Positions 1-10,600 of a stretch of DNA of 64,000 nt are shown one piece after another; position 1 is the stretch's first letter, and each line of letters begins with the position of its first letter. This DNA comes from Amoebophrya sp. A120 (taxonomy: Eukaryota; Protista; Dinoflagellata). A program made the position numbers and the translations under genes. The stretch is from the NCBI GenBank assembly GCA_905178155.1, contig CAJINV010000012.1:2072166-2136165 (forward strand). The letters are read 5' to 3'. The notes under the pieces are model-generated. The model searched no databases. It was not told the DNA's origin and worked only from the letters and a program-made list of their open reading frames with translations.

Positions 1-61
1 GAAGAACAAGATGCAGGACCTGGGCCACTGCGGCTTGGAGACGAAGATTTCGGCGAAACAT
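1..61 (-). CDS. Probable 5' end of a gene running off the left edge (MFRRNLRLQAAVAQVLHLVL...)
   Basis: ATG at 61-59 opens a hydrophobic N-terminus; bases 1-151 are duplicated at 7414-7564. Confidence 0.3.
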   Translation of the reverse strand, partial: MFRRNLRLQAAVAQVLHLVL

Positions 62-887
62 GTTTTGTACTTTTTGGATGCAATGAAGTCACATCAGTAC
101 AAAGAGGCTTAATCTGAATCTGTCTTCTTTCAGTTATATTTTCCTCAATAACTTTCACTTTTTGGCTACCCCCGACACTTGTTTTTATTATTTGTTGTTC
201 TCTCTGTACATAAGGCCAAAAGTGCCACCGGGACAGCCTGCCCGTAGATCACCGATGTCATCTACAATGAGTGCTATTCTATTATTTAATTTGAATTTTC
301 GAGCACGAGCTGCAAAATGAATTATCAAGATCACACGACGGAAAATAACGACAGCGAACCAATGGCAGAAGCTGCACTTTGACTTTGTGTAGTTTAGTGA
401 TTTTGGTTTCGCATCGAGCACGTAGAAGACGACAACAAGAGCACCGGTGGAAGACATAACCTACGACGCTCATCGGTGGTACTTTATTCGACGGGTGACG
501 ACTTGCTCTCGGCTACCACAATTAGTTTTCGTCCAAACGAGACACCAGCGACGCCAAGTAAGTAGCTAGCTCCTCGGTTATCAGCTAAAAAGATGAACAT
601 CAAGCACGGAAGATGAACAGGAAGCTGCGTATAGCTTTTTGTTTTCCTAATGGAGCTGACTGCTCAGTACGATACCTTTCGCATTAATGTCGTCGTCGTT
701 GTTGTATGAGTAAAAAAATGTCAACAAGAAGTGTCGCTCAACAAGAAGATCTTCATCTTCATCTTGGTTGAATGCGCAACCACATCCGTCGGCGCAAAAG
801 AAGGTACCAGCCTCAACATCATAATTAATATTCTTGGTCGTCTTCAGTAGAAACCTCTAGAATGAACAGCTGCTGCGCCCCCGCATC

Positions 888-3800
888 CTAGGCTTGGACG
901 CGTCCCTTACTTGAACTGCGTTTCCTCTGAGCTTTCGCCAGTTCTTGCTGCTGTGCTGGTGTATTGCTTATTTTCCGTGTGAACCATTTCGCCCGCTGGT
1001 CTTTAGCAGAAGAAGTGGATCGGCCTCCATAATGTTGTTGACCACCGATCGTCCCACCGCAATACAGCACCAACTCCCTCCGGTTCTCAGCTTCATCGCA
1101 GTAAAACGCGTACCCGAGCTCCTCCGTGAGCCCGCCACCGGAGATTTGCTTTTTCGCATTTTTCAAGTTTTCCCAACAGTGACGGACGGCTTTCTTGTTC
1201 AGGCCAGAAGGAACAATTGGATTTGTCGTCCGGGCCTTCTGGTTGTTGTGGTCGTGTTTCTTGTCCTCGAAATGCTGGAAGTGTCCGAGCTTTTTCATCG
1301 CCGGGGGTCGTGGTTTCTTGTCAGCAGTAGAAGGATCACTTACCACGTGCACGTCGTGGTCGTTCATCTTGTTCTTATCCGCAGATGCCACTGACAGCAG
1401 TTTTTCTGTGGCCCGGAAAACGATCCGCTCGAAGACCTGATAGAGAATGAAGTCGGAAGAGGACGACGAAGGGTCACTTTGCAGCTCCTCTTGCGCTCCT
1501 CCAACAACGTCGTGTTCACCAGGAACAGCAATCCGCAGCATATCCGGGGTGAGGCAACGGCTTGTAGTCGCAGTCGGTCCAGCCGTGGTGCTGGTCCTCT
1601 TCGTCGTCGCAGGTAGTTCCACTCCAGCTTGCGAAACATCATGTCGGCTCCGTGCTTCATTGCCCTTGGCCTTGATTTTAGCATTGGAACTTACAGTATC
1701 GGGCTCCGTGCCGCCACATGCTTGTTCGAGTTCGGCGTCGTCCGCAATTAAATCTCTATCCAAGGACGCATTCCACGGCTCCGCGATATTTGCGACCACC
1801 TCCCGCATGCGGTTCCAGTCGGTTTTGCAGCCGAGATTTTCAACTTCGGACTCAAGCTCATTCAAATCGAGGCGGAAGATGAGAAAAGTGTCGACACAAC
1901 TGATGTCTTGATGAACAGCTTGATCGTTTGGAAAATAAACGAATTTCCTTTCCAATTTCGTGACTCCCGCGGCCAGATGCTGAGACAGAACGCTGTAATC
2001 CTTCAGAAGCTGCCTCATGGTGTTGGTCTGTGCTTGAATTTTCATAACAACATCCTGTTCTTCACCTTGACAGCCTGCGCCTCGACGAGCTTCGTTCTGT
2101 TCTTGACAACATTTCTTCTCTACAACTTCCAGCTGGAGCACGCGGTCCAGGGTTTTGCGCATCACGCCCCGCACACTCCAAGCCGGCGTGGAGTCTTTCA
2201 AGTAGGGGCATTTCGGGCGGAGGCGGGGCAGGCCGAGGTACATGTGGTCTTGGTCAACACTTTCTTGTTGCAGATAATTCAAAAAATCCCTCTTCCTCCT
2301 CTCCACAAACGGCCGGTAAAGCAACACGTCTCCAACAATCCTCACCTTCTGCATGCCATCTGGGCCAGTGCTGCCCTCGGGGAAGAGGTAGTGGCCCCGG
2401 GTCAGATTCTCCAGCCGGTTTTCGTCACAGTCGTCTTGGTGGTGGCCCAGGAGGACGACAGGCTGCATCTTGTCGTGGTGGGTGTTTGTCATGCTTGAGT
2501 CTACTTGACTTGCATGATTTGTCATGCTGTGAGCTGCATCTCCACAGAGTTTCTTCCACGCCTGTCTGTACATGTGAAACCGGATTCCCCGCGTGTACCG
2601 CTCGTATTCCTCTCTGCTGAGACCGTATGCAAGAAAAAAACTGTGTAAGTGTAACTCTGTAATGCAAAACATGTAAACAGAGTTACACCTGTCATGCCAC
2701 ACAGCCATGAAGTCCTTTTTTCATGGGTATTTTCCCTTACAAGCCACGCATGACAGGTTTTCTCTGTCATGTAGAGCAAATTTGTGATGCTGTCAGCCAA
2801 AGAAAGTTACACTTACACAGTTTTTGTCTTGCATAGACCGAAGACCACAGGTTTCTTTGACTCACAAGAACTCCGACGCTCACGCTTCTTGCCCTTTAGA
2901 AGTTCAACATCTGGTGATGGTGCGCTACTACATTTTGGTGCTGGGCGCAGGTCACTCTGTTCCATCTTCTCCTCCGCATGCGGGCGCTTCAATTCGATGG
3001 AGAACCAGTAGAGCTTGACCTTAAAAACGTGCCTACACACGAACTTCACCCATTCCAACTCCAAATCTGCAGTAGAATCTACTTCATTGTCCTCCTCTCT
3101 GTTCGCCGGGTAGTGCAGATAGAGGCAGGCGAAATCTGTGAAGGGACAAGTAGTAGAAAGCGGGTTCTTTTTCGCGGTCATGATCCCACTTTCAGATGAA
3201 CTGGCGTAGAGGTCGAGGTCGTCGTGTTGGTTTCCCTTGGATAATTTCCTGTCTAACAACTCGCGCAACAGACACCCACAAGCCGTACTGTCGACGCCGG
3301 CGCTGAAGGAGAGGAGGACGGGAACTTGGTTGCTTGCGGGTGTCGTTAATAGCCCGCAGGAGGTGGTCGTGATGTCTCTAACGATATCGGTCGTGGCGCA
3401 GCTCTCGTTCCCCAAACAAGATTCCTCCGGCAGCGTCATCAGCTCTCGCAAGAGGGCCTCAGTGTGATGTCGTGGTCTTTTGATCTTCATGTTGTCGTCT
3501 TCCCGCTCCTCATCACCAGAAGAAGCTTGCTCTTTCCACCGTCTTTTAATTTCCCGTAGTTCCTCGGGGACGGTGCGATGTGCGTGGGGCTTCTTATTCT
3601 CGGCACGAAGATCTTCAACGAGACCCTCGTCCGGCAGAGCAGTCGAAGAAAGCCAAGAAGCGCACTCCGGCGCCAGAATTCTCTTGAATTTCTCCCTCTG
3701 TTCGTCGGAGAGATTTGTCGTGAAATAGGGATTTTTGATGATATCCCCCTCCGAATCCTCCTGCAAGAGATCCACCTCCAGTACTTCCTCCTCATTTGGA

Positions 3801-5311
3801 AACGTCTCCACTGCCAGTGCTTTTTCGATAAATGCGAGATCTTTTTTCCTTTGCAGCACCCTCTCGTTCTCCTCCCACACACGGATCGCGAACAATTTCA
3901 CGGGCTCGAGATAAAAATCAGCGTTGCTCTGTTCTTTGATTTGCAGCTCTCTGTCTGATACGAGGCCGCCCTCGGGTTCTTGTACTGGTGCAGGAGCTCC
4001 TCCCGAATAATACGCAAGCTCAACATGATCCGTGGTTCTCTCCAACATATCCTCCAGTCTGGTAAAAATCACTTCCAGCAGCCTTCTCCCAGTCTCCATT
4101 TGTTTTACATCACCACCGTGTCGCCAGCTGACGGTAAGAAAGATGTAGAGAAGGAACCACCGCACTACATGCTGCTCCCGATCATGTTTAATATTGTCGT
4201 GAATCTTGTTCCAGCAGTCGGTCCCGCTCGCGTTGCAGATACCAGGCAGGGCATTTGTACCAACATTTCCGCGATCCTCGTCATTCCAGAGGTCTGGTTT
4301 CAGTTCGAGTTCCTCGTGGAGAGCATTTGCCACTTCCGTGGCGAAGCTCTGCATGTGGCTGAGAACAAATAAAGGGGTCTTATTCATTTCCTCGCTACAG
4401 GTTGTAGAAGTGTCTTGTTCCTGCGACGAAGTGGATGCAGCTGGCGCCTGTAATTTTTGACCGCCGTTGTTCTTGTGGTCGACGTGCTCTTTTGGCGGCG
4501 GAGCGTTTACGTTTTTCAAATTCCGGACGTGCTGGTCCAGGAAAACAGATAACGTCAAGAGGTCGTACAAACGTTCCTCGCGGCCTCCACGTCGTGTGCT
4601 GGAAGTGGAGCAAGGATGCAAGGACTTCAACTTCTCCTCGGAATAAACTCCTTCTTCGCAGCGTTTTATTCGGAGGGCGGGGTCCTTCTTCGCACACATT
4701 GGTGGCGAGGAAGGTTGTGCCGCAGGAAGTCGTGCGCCTGATAGTACAAGAACATCTTCAGCACGACCAGAGGTACTGGATGGAGAGCTGCGGCCCCTGC
4801 TGTTGCTCGTACTACACCACGACCCGCTGCTTTTACAACCATTCGACATAACCACGACGTCCGCATGTTGATCATTATACACGTAGTCGGCGAAAACTTG
4901 TATAGGAAAACTGGTATTCAGCTCCCTGTAAAATTTCCGGTTCCGCTTCTGCTTCGCCCCAAACCAAACGTCCGGAGCCGTTTTCGCGAACCAGATTTTC
5001 GCCCAGTTCTTCGCGTGGGATATCAAAGCGTCGTCTTGTTCTAGGGGAGTGTCTTCTATTTTGCACTTGTCAGCAGGCCAAGATGAAATACGCTGGAAGG
5101 AAGCTCCTGCACGTCCGCTACTAGTTGCGGGAAGAGCGTTTGCCGCGGAAGGCAAAGATACCGGCTTTGCGACAGGAGCTGCTTCATCGGCAGAGGCAGG
5201 ACCCACGTTTCTCGGCTCCGGGGCAGGCTCCATGACGGTCGTAGCCACGAGGACCGGACGAGATTGTTCAAGTAGAGAACACTCACTCAACATGGGTGCT
5301 GACTTGCCCAA
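888..5311 (-). CDS. tilS: DUF924-like N-terminal domain fused to a TilS/PP-loop (tRNA-Ile lysidine synthetase-like) domain; 2 exons, about 1402 aa
   Basis: ORFs 2813..5311 and 888..2708 join in frame (KKPVVFG|LSREEYERY) after removing element 2626-2835 plus one DR. TilS motifs: LSFSAGVDS, LGHHQDDCDENRLENLTRG, LYRPF, DSTPAWSVRG. DUF924-like motifs: VWF, LDQHVRN, FLTVSWRH. Confidence 0.75.
2626..2835. mobile_element. Introner-like element, family C
   Basis: TIR TATGCAAGAAAAAAACTGTGTAAGTGTAACT; DR GACCG/GACCG. Confidence 0.9.
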
Positions 5312-6254
5312 TTATCATGGGGGTGGCCTGCAAAAAATCTCCTGCGCCTGCTGGTGGAAGACTCATGCTTCTAAAAATCAGCGTGCTGCTCATGAACATG
5401 ATAGATCACAACCTTTTTCCGACGAACGTAGTGACGAGGTCGGGTGACGTACAGTTAGTAGAGTTACAGAAGTGAAACTAGGAGAACAGGAAAGCGATAT
5501 GTTAGTGCTGGCAGTAGAATAAAAGTAGGAGTACTTCTACGAGAAGGAGTACTAGTACCAAACGAAGAACTCAAATTCAACCGCTAGCCACGACTGATCT
5601 TTTTGTTTTCCGATCGGAGAAGAACCAATTTCAACGTGTCACGGCAACATTTCGCGTCCTCCTCGTCCGTATGTCATTTTAGTTGTCCTCTCTTGCGATC
5701 TTCATGTGGACGAGGACTCCTGCGGGACCACTTTTGGATCAAGATCTCTTCCAACTATCCGGAAGATCTTTTCTTTTTTTACGACCTTGTAGAGAAACTA
5801 CATATCACGACCATCTGTAGGTGCAGTAGGTCTATTTTCCGTTGGATCACTACATGACTTTGATGACTCCGAAACGGAGGGTGAAGAAATGTGAATGCAT
5901 TTGATGCATCAAAACTGTGCGTATAATTTTTTTTTCAGGCTTCTACACTTCTTCAGAACCAGGCTAGGCTATGAGTGATAAGCAATCTGCTGAACTAAAA
6001 TTCTTGTTGAGGACGCCTGATTATAACTGAAAAATCCTAGTACAACTGAAGCCATTCAATATCAGTTTTCCCTCGTAGTTGTACTAGTCGAAAAATAATG
6101 TTGATTCTTGTATCCCTCTTGTCACACAATGTAATTCCTAATTTCTCGTACTAGGTAGTTCCAATATTGTACTACTACTAGTATACACAACATCTTCACT
6201 TCTTTCTTAAATCTATGGCAGAAAGAACGAAACCAGCCAACTCGCATGCATTTG

Positions 6255-6322
6255 ACCCTGCAACGAAATCGAACCTGCATGCTGCAGATGTGTTTCGATT
6301 TCTCTCTTGTCGCTGATATCCA
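6255..6322 (+). repeat. 68-bp direct repeat, copy 1 (copy 2 at 7569-7636)
   Basis: ACCCTGCAACGAAATCG...GATATCCA, 3 mismatches between copies. Confidence 0.85.
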
Positions 6323-6329
6323 TTACAAA

Positions 6330-6710
6330 GGAAACGCTTTAATTGGCGGGCGATTCGAACTTTTCCAAAACTTTTCCTTTGACTTTTCAGGATTTCAGGG
6401 CATTGAAAACGATTTGATAATGCGACTCAGAACGAAAAAACGCAGCGAAGATACTCCAAGCGACAGAACAGGGGCGCCTGCGAGGTCTTGGGCGCCGACG
6501 CCTCCTCTTGTCCCGCGGGTGATCGGCGAAGCCCGAGCGACCGCCTTTCAACCCGCCGAAGCGTGCGCGCGCCGGGCACCCGCCGACCGCACCCAGCCAA
6601 CGGCTGCCGGCGCGGGCGCCCTAAAGAAAAAGGCCATGACCGCCCATCGCACCCACCCGCCCCCCCCCAGGCACGGAAGGCCTACCCGGGAACGGACTAG
6701 GAGGAGGGCT
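6330..6710. repeat. GC-rich segment, probable interspersed repeat fragment
   Basis: Abrupt compositional shift, C-runs, no credible protein. Confidence 0.35.
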
Positions 6711-6718
6711 TGCATAGC

Positions 6719-6879
6719 TATATGCTATTGCATTGCAAAAGCATCGCACTCGTACTAATTGCAAGTATGCATGACAAATCTCCTTCTTGACCTCAATCCG
6801 CATTACAAATTTCATTTTTCATGCTGAGGGAATTTGTCATGCGATTTCTACTAGTGCGAGGATGCTTTTGCATTTCATA
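6719..6879. mobile_element. Introner-like element, family B (left end uncertain)
   Basis: TGCAAAAGCATCGCACTCGTA...GATGCTTTTGCATTTCATA; DR ATAGC/CTAGC. Confidence 0.7.
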
Positions 6880-6934
6880 CTAGCTGGGTAACCGCATTGG
6901 TCTTCTTCTCGCTGAAATACCGGGCGTTCGTCCG

Positions 6935-7255
6935 TATCAGAATGAAAAATCCCCCCTCCCCATATCAAAACGAAGTTTCTGATGCTGGATTTGCGTACAC
7001 AAATCAGATTTGTCTTGCTGGCGAGGACTGCAGGCCCATCTTAAGCCTGAGGCTACAGGTTTTGGCCTAGGCGCTTAGCATGACAGACGTCGACGCTGTA
7101 GCTAAAACAGCATGACAGACCGCCTGTAGAATGCGGCGGAGCTTGGGGAGTTGCGTTCATGCAACACAGAGACGATTTGTGACCTCAAATCAGCAACACA
7201 AATTTTCGGCAACGTACCTTTTCAATATGGGGAGGGGGAGCTTTTCCTTTTGATA
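6935..7255. mobile_element. Introner-like element, family E
   Basis: TIR TATCAGAATGAAAAATCCCCCCTCCCCATAT; DR GTCCG/GTCCG. Confidence 0.85.
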
Positions 7256-7413
7256 GTCCGGCGGTGATGGTTCTTTTGGGTCGCAGCTTCTTTGGACGAA
7301 GCACCGGAGTTGAGGGTGGAAAGCTCGCGGTAGGAACGGAGGGCCTGAGTTTTAAGTACGCGTTTTTTTTTTTCCGTTTCTTTTTTTGTTTGTCTCCACT
7401 CTACCACGGGCGG

Positions 7414-7564
7414 GAAGAACAAGATGCAGGACCTGGGCCACTGCGGCTTGGAGACGAAGATTTCGGCGAAACATGTTTTGTACTTTTTGGATGCAATGAA
7501 GTCACATCAGTACAAAGAGGCTTAATCTGAATCTGTCTTCTTTCAGTTATATTTTCCTCAATAA
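7414..7564 (+). repeat. 151-bp duplicate of window positions 1-151
   Basis: Identical by direct comparison. Confidence 0.9.
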
Positions 7565-7644
7565 TTCCACCCTGCAACGAAATCGAATCTGCATGCTGGA
7601 GATGTGTTTCGATTTCTATCTTGTCGCTGATATCCACTTCATAT

Positions 7645-10600
7645 TCATCGGCTCCTGGAGGATTTCCCAACCAGATCGACGAAGCCAGGCTGGCCCCACG
7701 CATTTTTTTCCACGTTCGCCCTCCAATGATTCTGTGACACAGAAGAAGAGGAGGATTCGTCCTCTTTCATCTCCCTTCTCATCTTCATCTGCAAATGCCC
7801 AGCCCCGAGCGGAAAAAAGCGTCCAAGCTCGAAAAACAGGCGTCCACAGATTTCCGACCGCGGCGCCGAAATCATATTCTTAAACCCGTTCGGAAACACT
7901 GTCAAATGAAAATATCATCTCTGGGTGGTCCTCTGGAAGAAAAATGCAATGTCTACTGTCATGCACATTTTACATGACCCATGAACATGAAGTGTGTAAT
8001 CATTTATGATGCATGCCAAAGCAACATGACATCGGAGTTCTAAGGGCTGTGTCCACAGCAACATGACAGATTTTCTGAGTGCTTCTCGATGCCTATCCTG
8101 CATGAGAAATAATTCCGTCTCCGCCCGCGCGTAGCAAGCGCGGCTGGACTCCCCTTGCTGCTCAAGAAGCAATATTACATCAGATAGTTATAGTTTCAGA
8201 ATCAAAAAGCACCAGCATAGTCTACCAATCAGTATACATAAAAATTTGCGCCCTACAACAAACTTTCAGACCCAGACATCTTTTTATTTGCGCTGCATAA
8301 ACACGCTGTTGCCGCAATGTTCTTGTGTGAAGCTTCTGCCGATTTTCACGAGTTCTGACTTCGGAGGAAGAGTCTCACGGCTTCCGTAGTTCTGAGGGCG
8401 GTTATTTTGTTCGAGTCCAGCACGGGCGGGACCACGAACATCATCTCGAACTCGATCTTCATCGACCCGCTCAACCTCTGTTGCCAACCTCCCAACATAC
8501 GCGTAAAATGGTTCCATCTCAGTCTCCTCTGCGTGCGCGCTGGCCATGGTGACGGTCAAGATGCGATTTTTCGGGATCCTGTAAAACTTGTTCGCCACCG
8601 TCCGCAGACGCATCGTGACCACGGGAAGATTTTCGTTTTTGATCGGTACCAATAAGTCGCCTCTTGTTGTACTATTTATTTCACTGCCTTGCTTAGTGCC
8701 ATTTGATGTCCTCCTCACACCCGCCAGCATCGCTTTCAGCACCGGGAGCAAGTCGGACGGCCTGAATATTTGGTTCCGAGAAACGTCACCAGTGATGTCC
8801 GTCATCTTCATAAAGCCAAAAAGGGCAAGAAAATCTAGCTCATTGTATAGGTAATCGCGAAGCCCGACCCTTTTGCTCACGAGCGGCATTCTTGTTCTTC
8901 GGTCATACAGTTTCTTGCAGGGCAAGAATCCGCTGCAGATTCTTTCCACCAAAGAACTCCCGTCCACGAAATATTTCGTGATTTCAGCCTGCGTTAGCGT
9001 GTCGATGATGTTGCTCGTGGTTTCATCCACACTTCTGTCAAAAACAGGCGAAGTTGAAGATGGTGCCCTCGTGGCTCTACTTGTTGTTCCTGAAATTCTT
9101 CTACTTGCTCTCTCCGCCGCTAAATTCTCGAGTTCGTTTTCCAAAAACGAAACCGCTTTTTCCAATCGGAAAACGGTCGAGTCCCCACATTTCCAGAGGA
9201 TCAAGCGGGACGCGTTGTTCTGCAAAGCTGGAAAAATTGCGGAATTGTCCAAATACGCGCCGTCCATGTAGGAAGCCCATACCGGGGCAGTTTTAGTATT
9301 CACTTTTGCGGTTTGATGTGATGCTGAACCTGGATGATCACCTCCACCTCGCCCAGTGTCAACATTCTTGACCGGCATTCCGATGAGCTGCAACGGTGAG
9401 GAAACGTGTCCGAGAAGATTCGCCGGGGCATTCGTACTAGCCGCGATCGCGTTATGGGAGCGTCAGGATCGAAGTCGATATTAAAGTTGAAAAAAATGTG
9501 ATGCAGAAAATCAATACCAGTTGTGGAAGCCCAGTTTCCAAGTAGCGCACAACAAATTTTGGCACTATATAAATCCAGTCTGTCATGCTGACTTTTTAGG
9601 GAAAGAAGGCGTCTTTTGTCATGCTACTTTAGCAGCTCTATCGCAGACCCCAAACAGGGCGACAGTCGGCCTCGTCACTTGCCATCCCTGCAAGCGAGGC
9701 ACTTCATGCCTTGCAATTTATGCGTGAGAAATTCTTTCAACTTTGTCGATTTCGGTCCTGACGCTTCCATACGCATGCGCGACCGATGGCACGCCAGAGC
9801 GTCTCGTGTTTTTTGCTTCAAACTGTCTGCTTCGGATGAACAAAACGCTCTTCACACGGTCCGCAAAAGTGGAGCGGTAGGTCGAGAAGGTAGAGGAAGT
9901 GTAGGGCTGTTTATCTAGAAGTTGTACTTTGTGCAGGACAGGGCGAGAGCCTGCTGATGTTCTGGGAAACGAATTGTCAAATTCCTCGTCCTCTGGCACG
10001 GACACCGCGAGCCCGTCTCGGTAAAAGGACAACGGCAAACATATTGTAAGGAAAAATATCCCCTCCCCATATTGAAAAGGAAATTTTTTGTGATGCTGAT
10101 TTGTGAGCAGCTTTAATGTCTTGCGTACAAGGCAAACGGCACCCATGACGTGGCGCCTTGTGCAGCGAGTCTGTCAAGCGTTTTCTCCTACCATGTGAGA
10201 CTTGTTTCTCGTGCTCAGCTGCTAGCCAGATGCGTAGTACCAAAATGGGCTTAGAACAATATGCCGACAAGCTCTTTCTGCAGTACAAAACGACCCATTT
10301 GTGTAGTACGCAAGAAATCCAGCAACGCAAATTCATCTTTTGAATACGGGGGGTGTCACTGTCAGGGCTTTTTTCACTTTGATAAAATACCCGTACTTGT
10401 GCAGCGCAGAGTTCTTGGCTGTTAATCTCGGCAGAGATACCAGTTTACTGCTCCATGACCATCTACGGATCCCGGTGACGAGGATCGGTTGCGGAGCGGT
10501 CGCGCCGAGGAGTCTTACTGGTGCGCTGTCCATCAGTGGTGGTGGCTCGAGGTCATAATTTCTTGGCTGCAGCAAATGTTGATTCCAATTGCTTTCCAGC

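Larger units (their letters stand above)
6697..7474 (-). pseudogene. Probable duplicated gene fragment (same 5' end as the gene at 1-61) with two introners and a frameshift at a T11 run
   Basis: 7414-7564 is identical to 1-151; the ATG frame stops early while an alternative frame (ORF 7222..7422) splices through element 6935-7255. Confidence 0.4.

Noticed and set aside
2626-2835. Tc1/mariner-type MITEs with a TA target duplication
   Set aside because: The TA belongs to the element ends; a separate 5-bp duplication lies outside, and empty sites in paralogues lack the TA.
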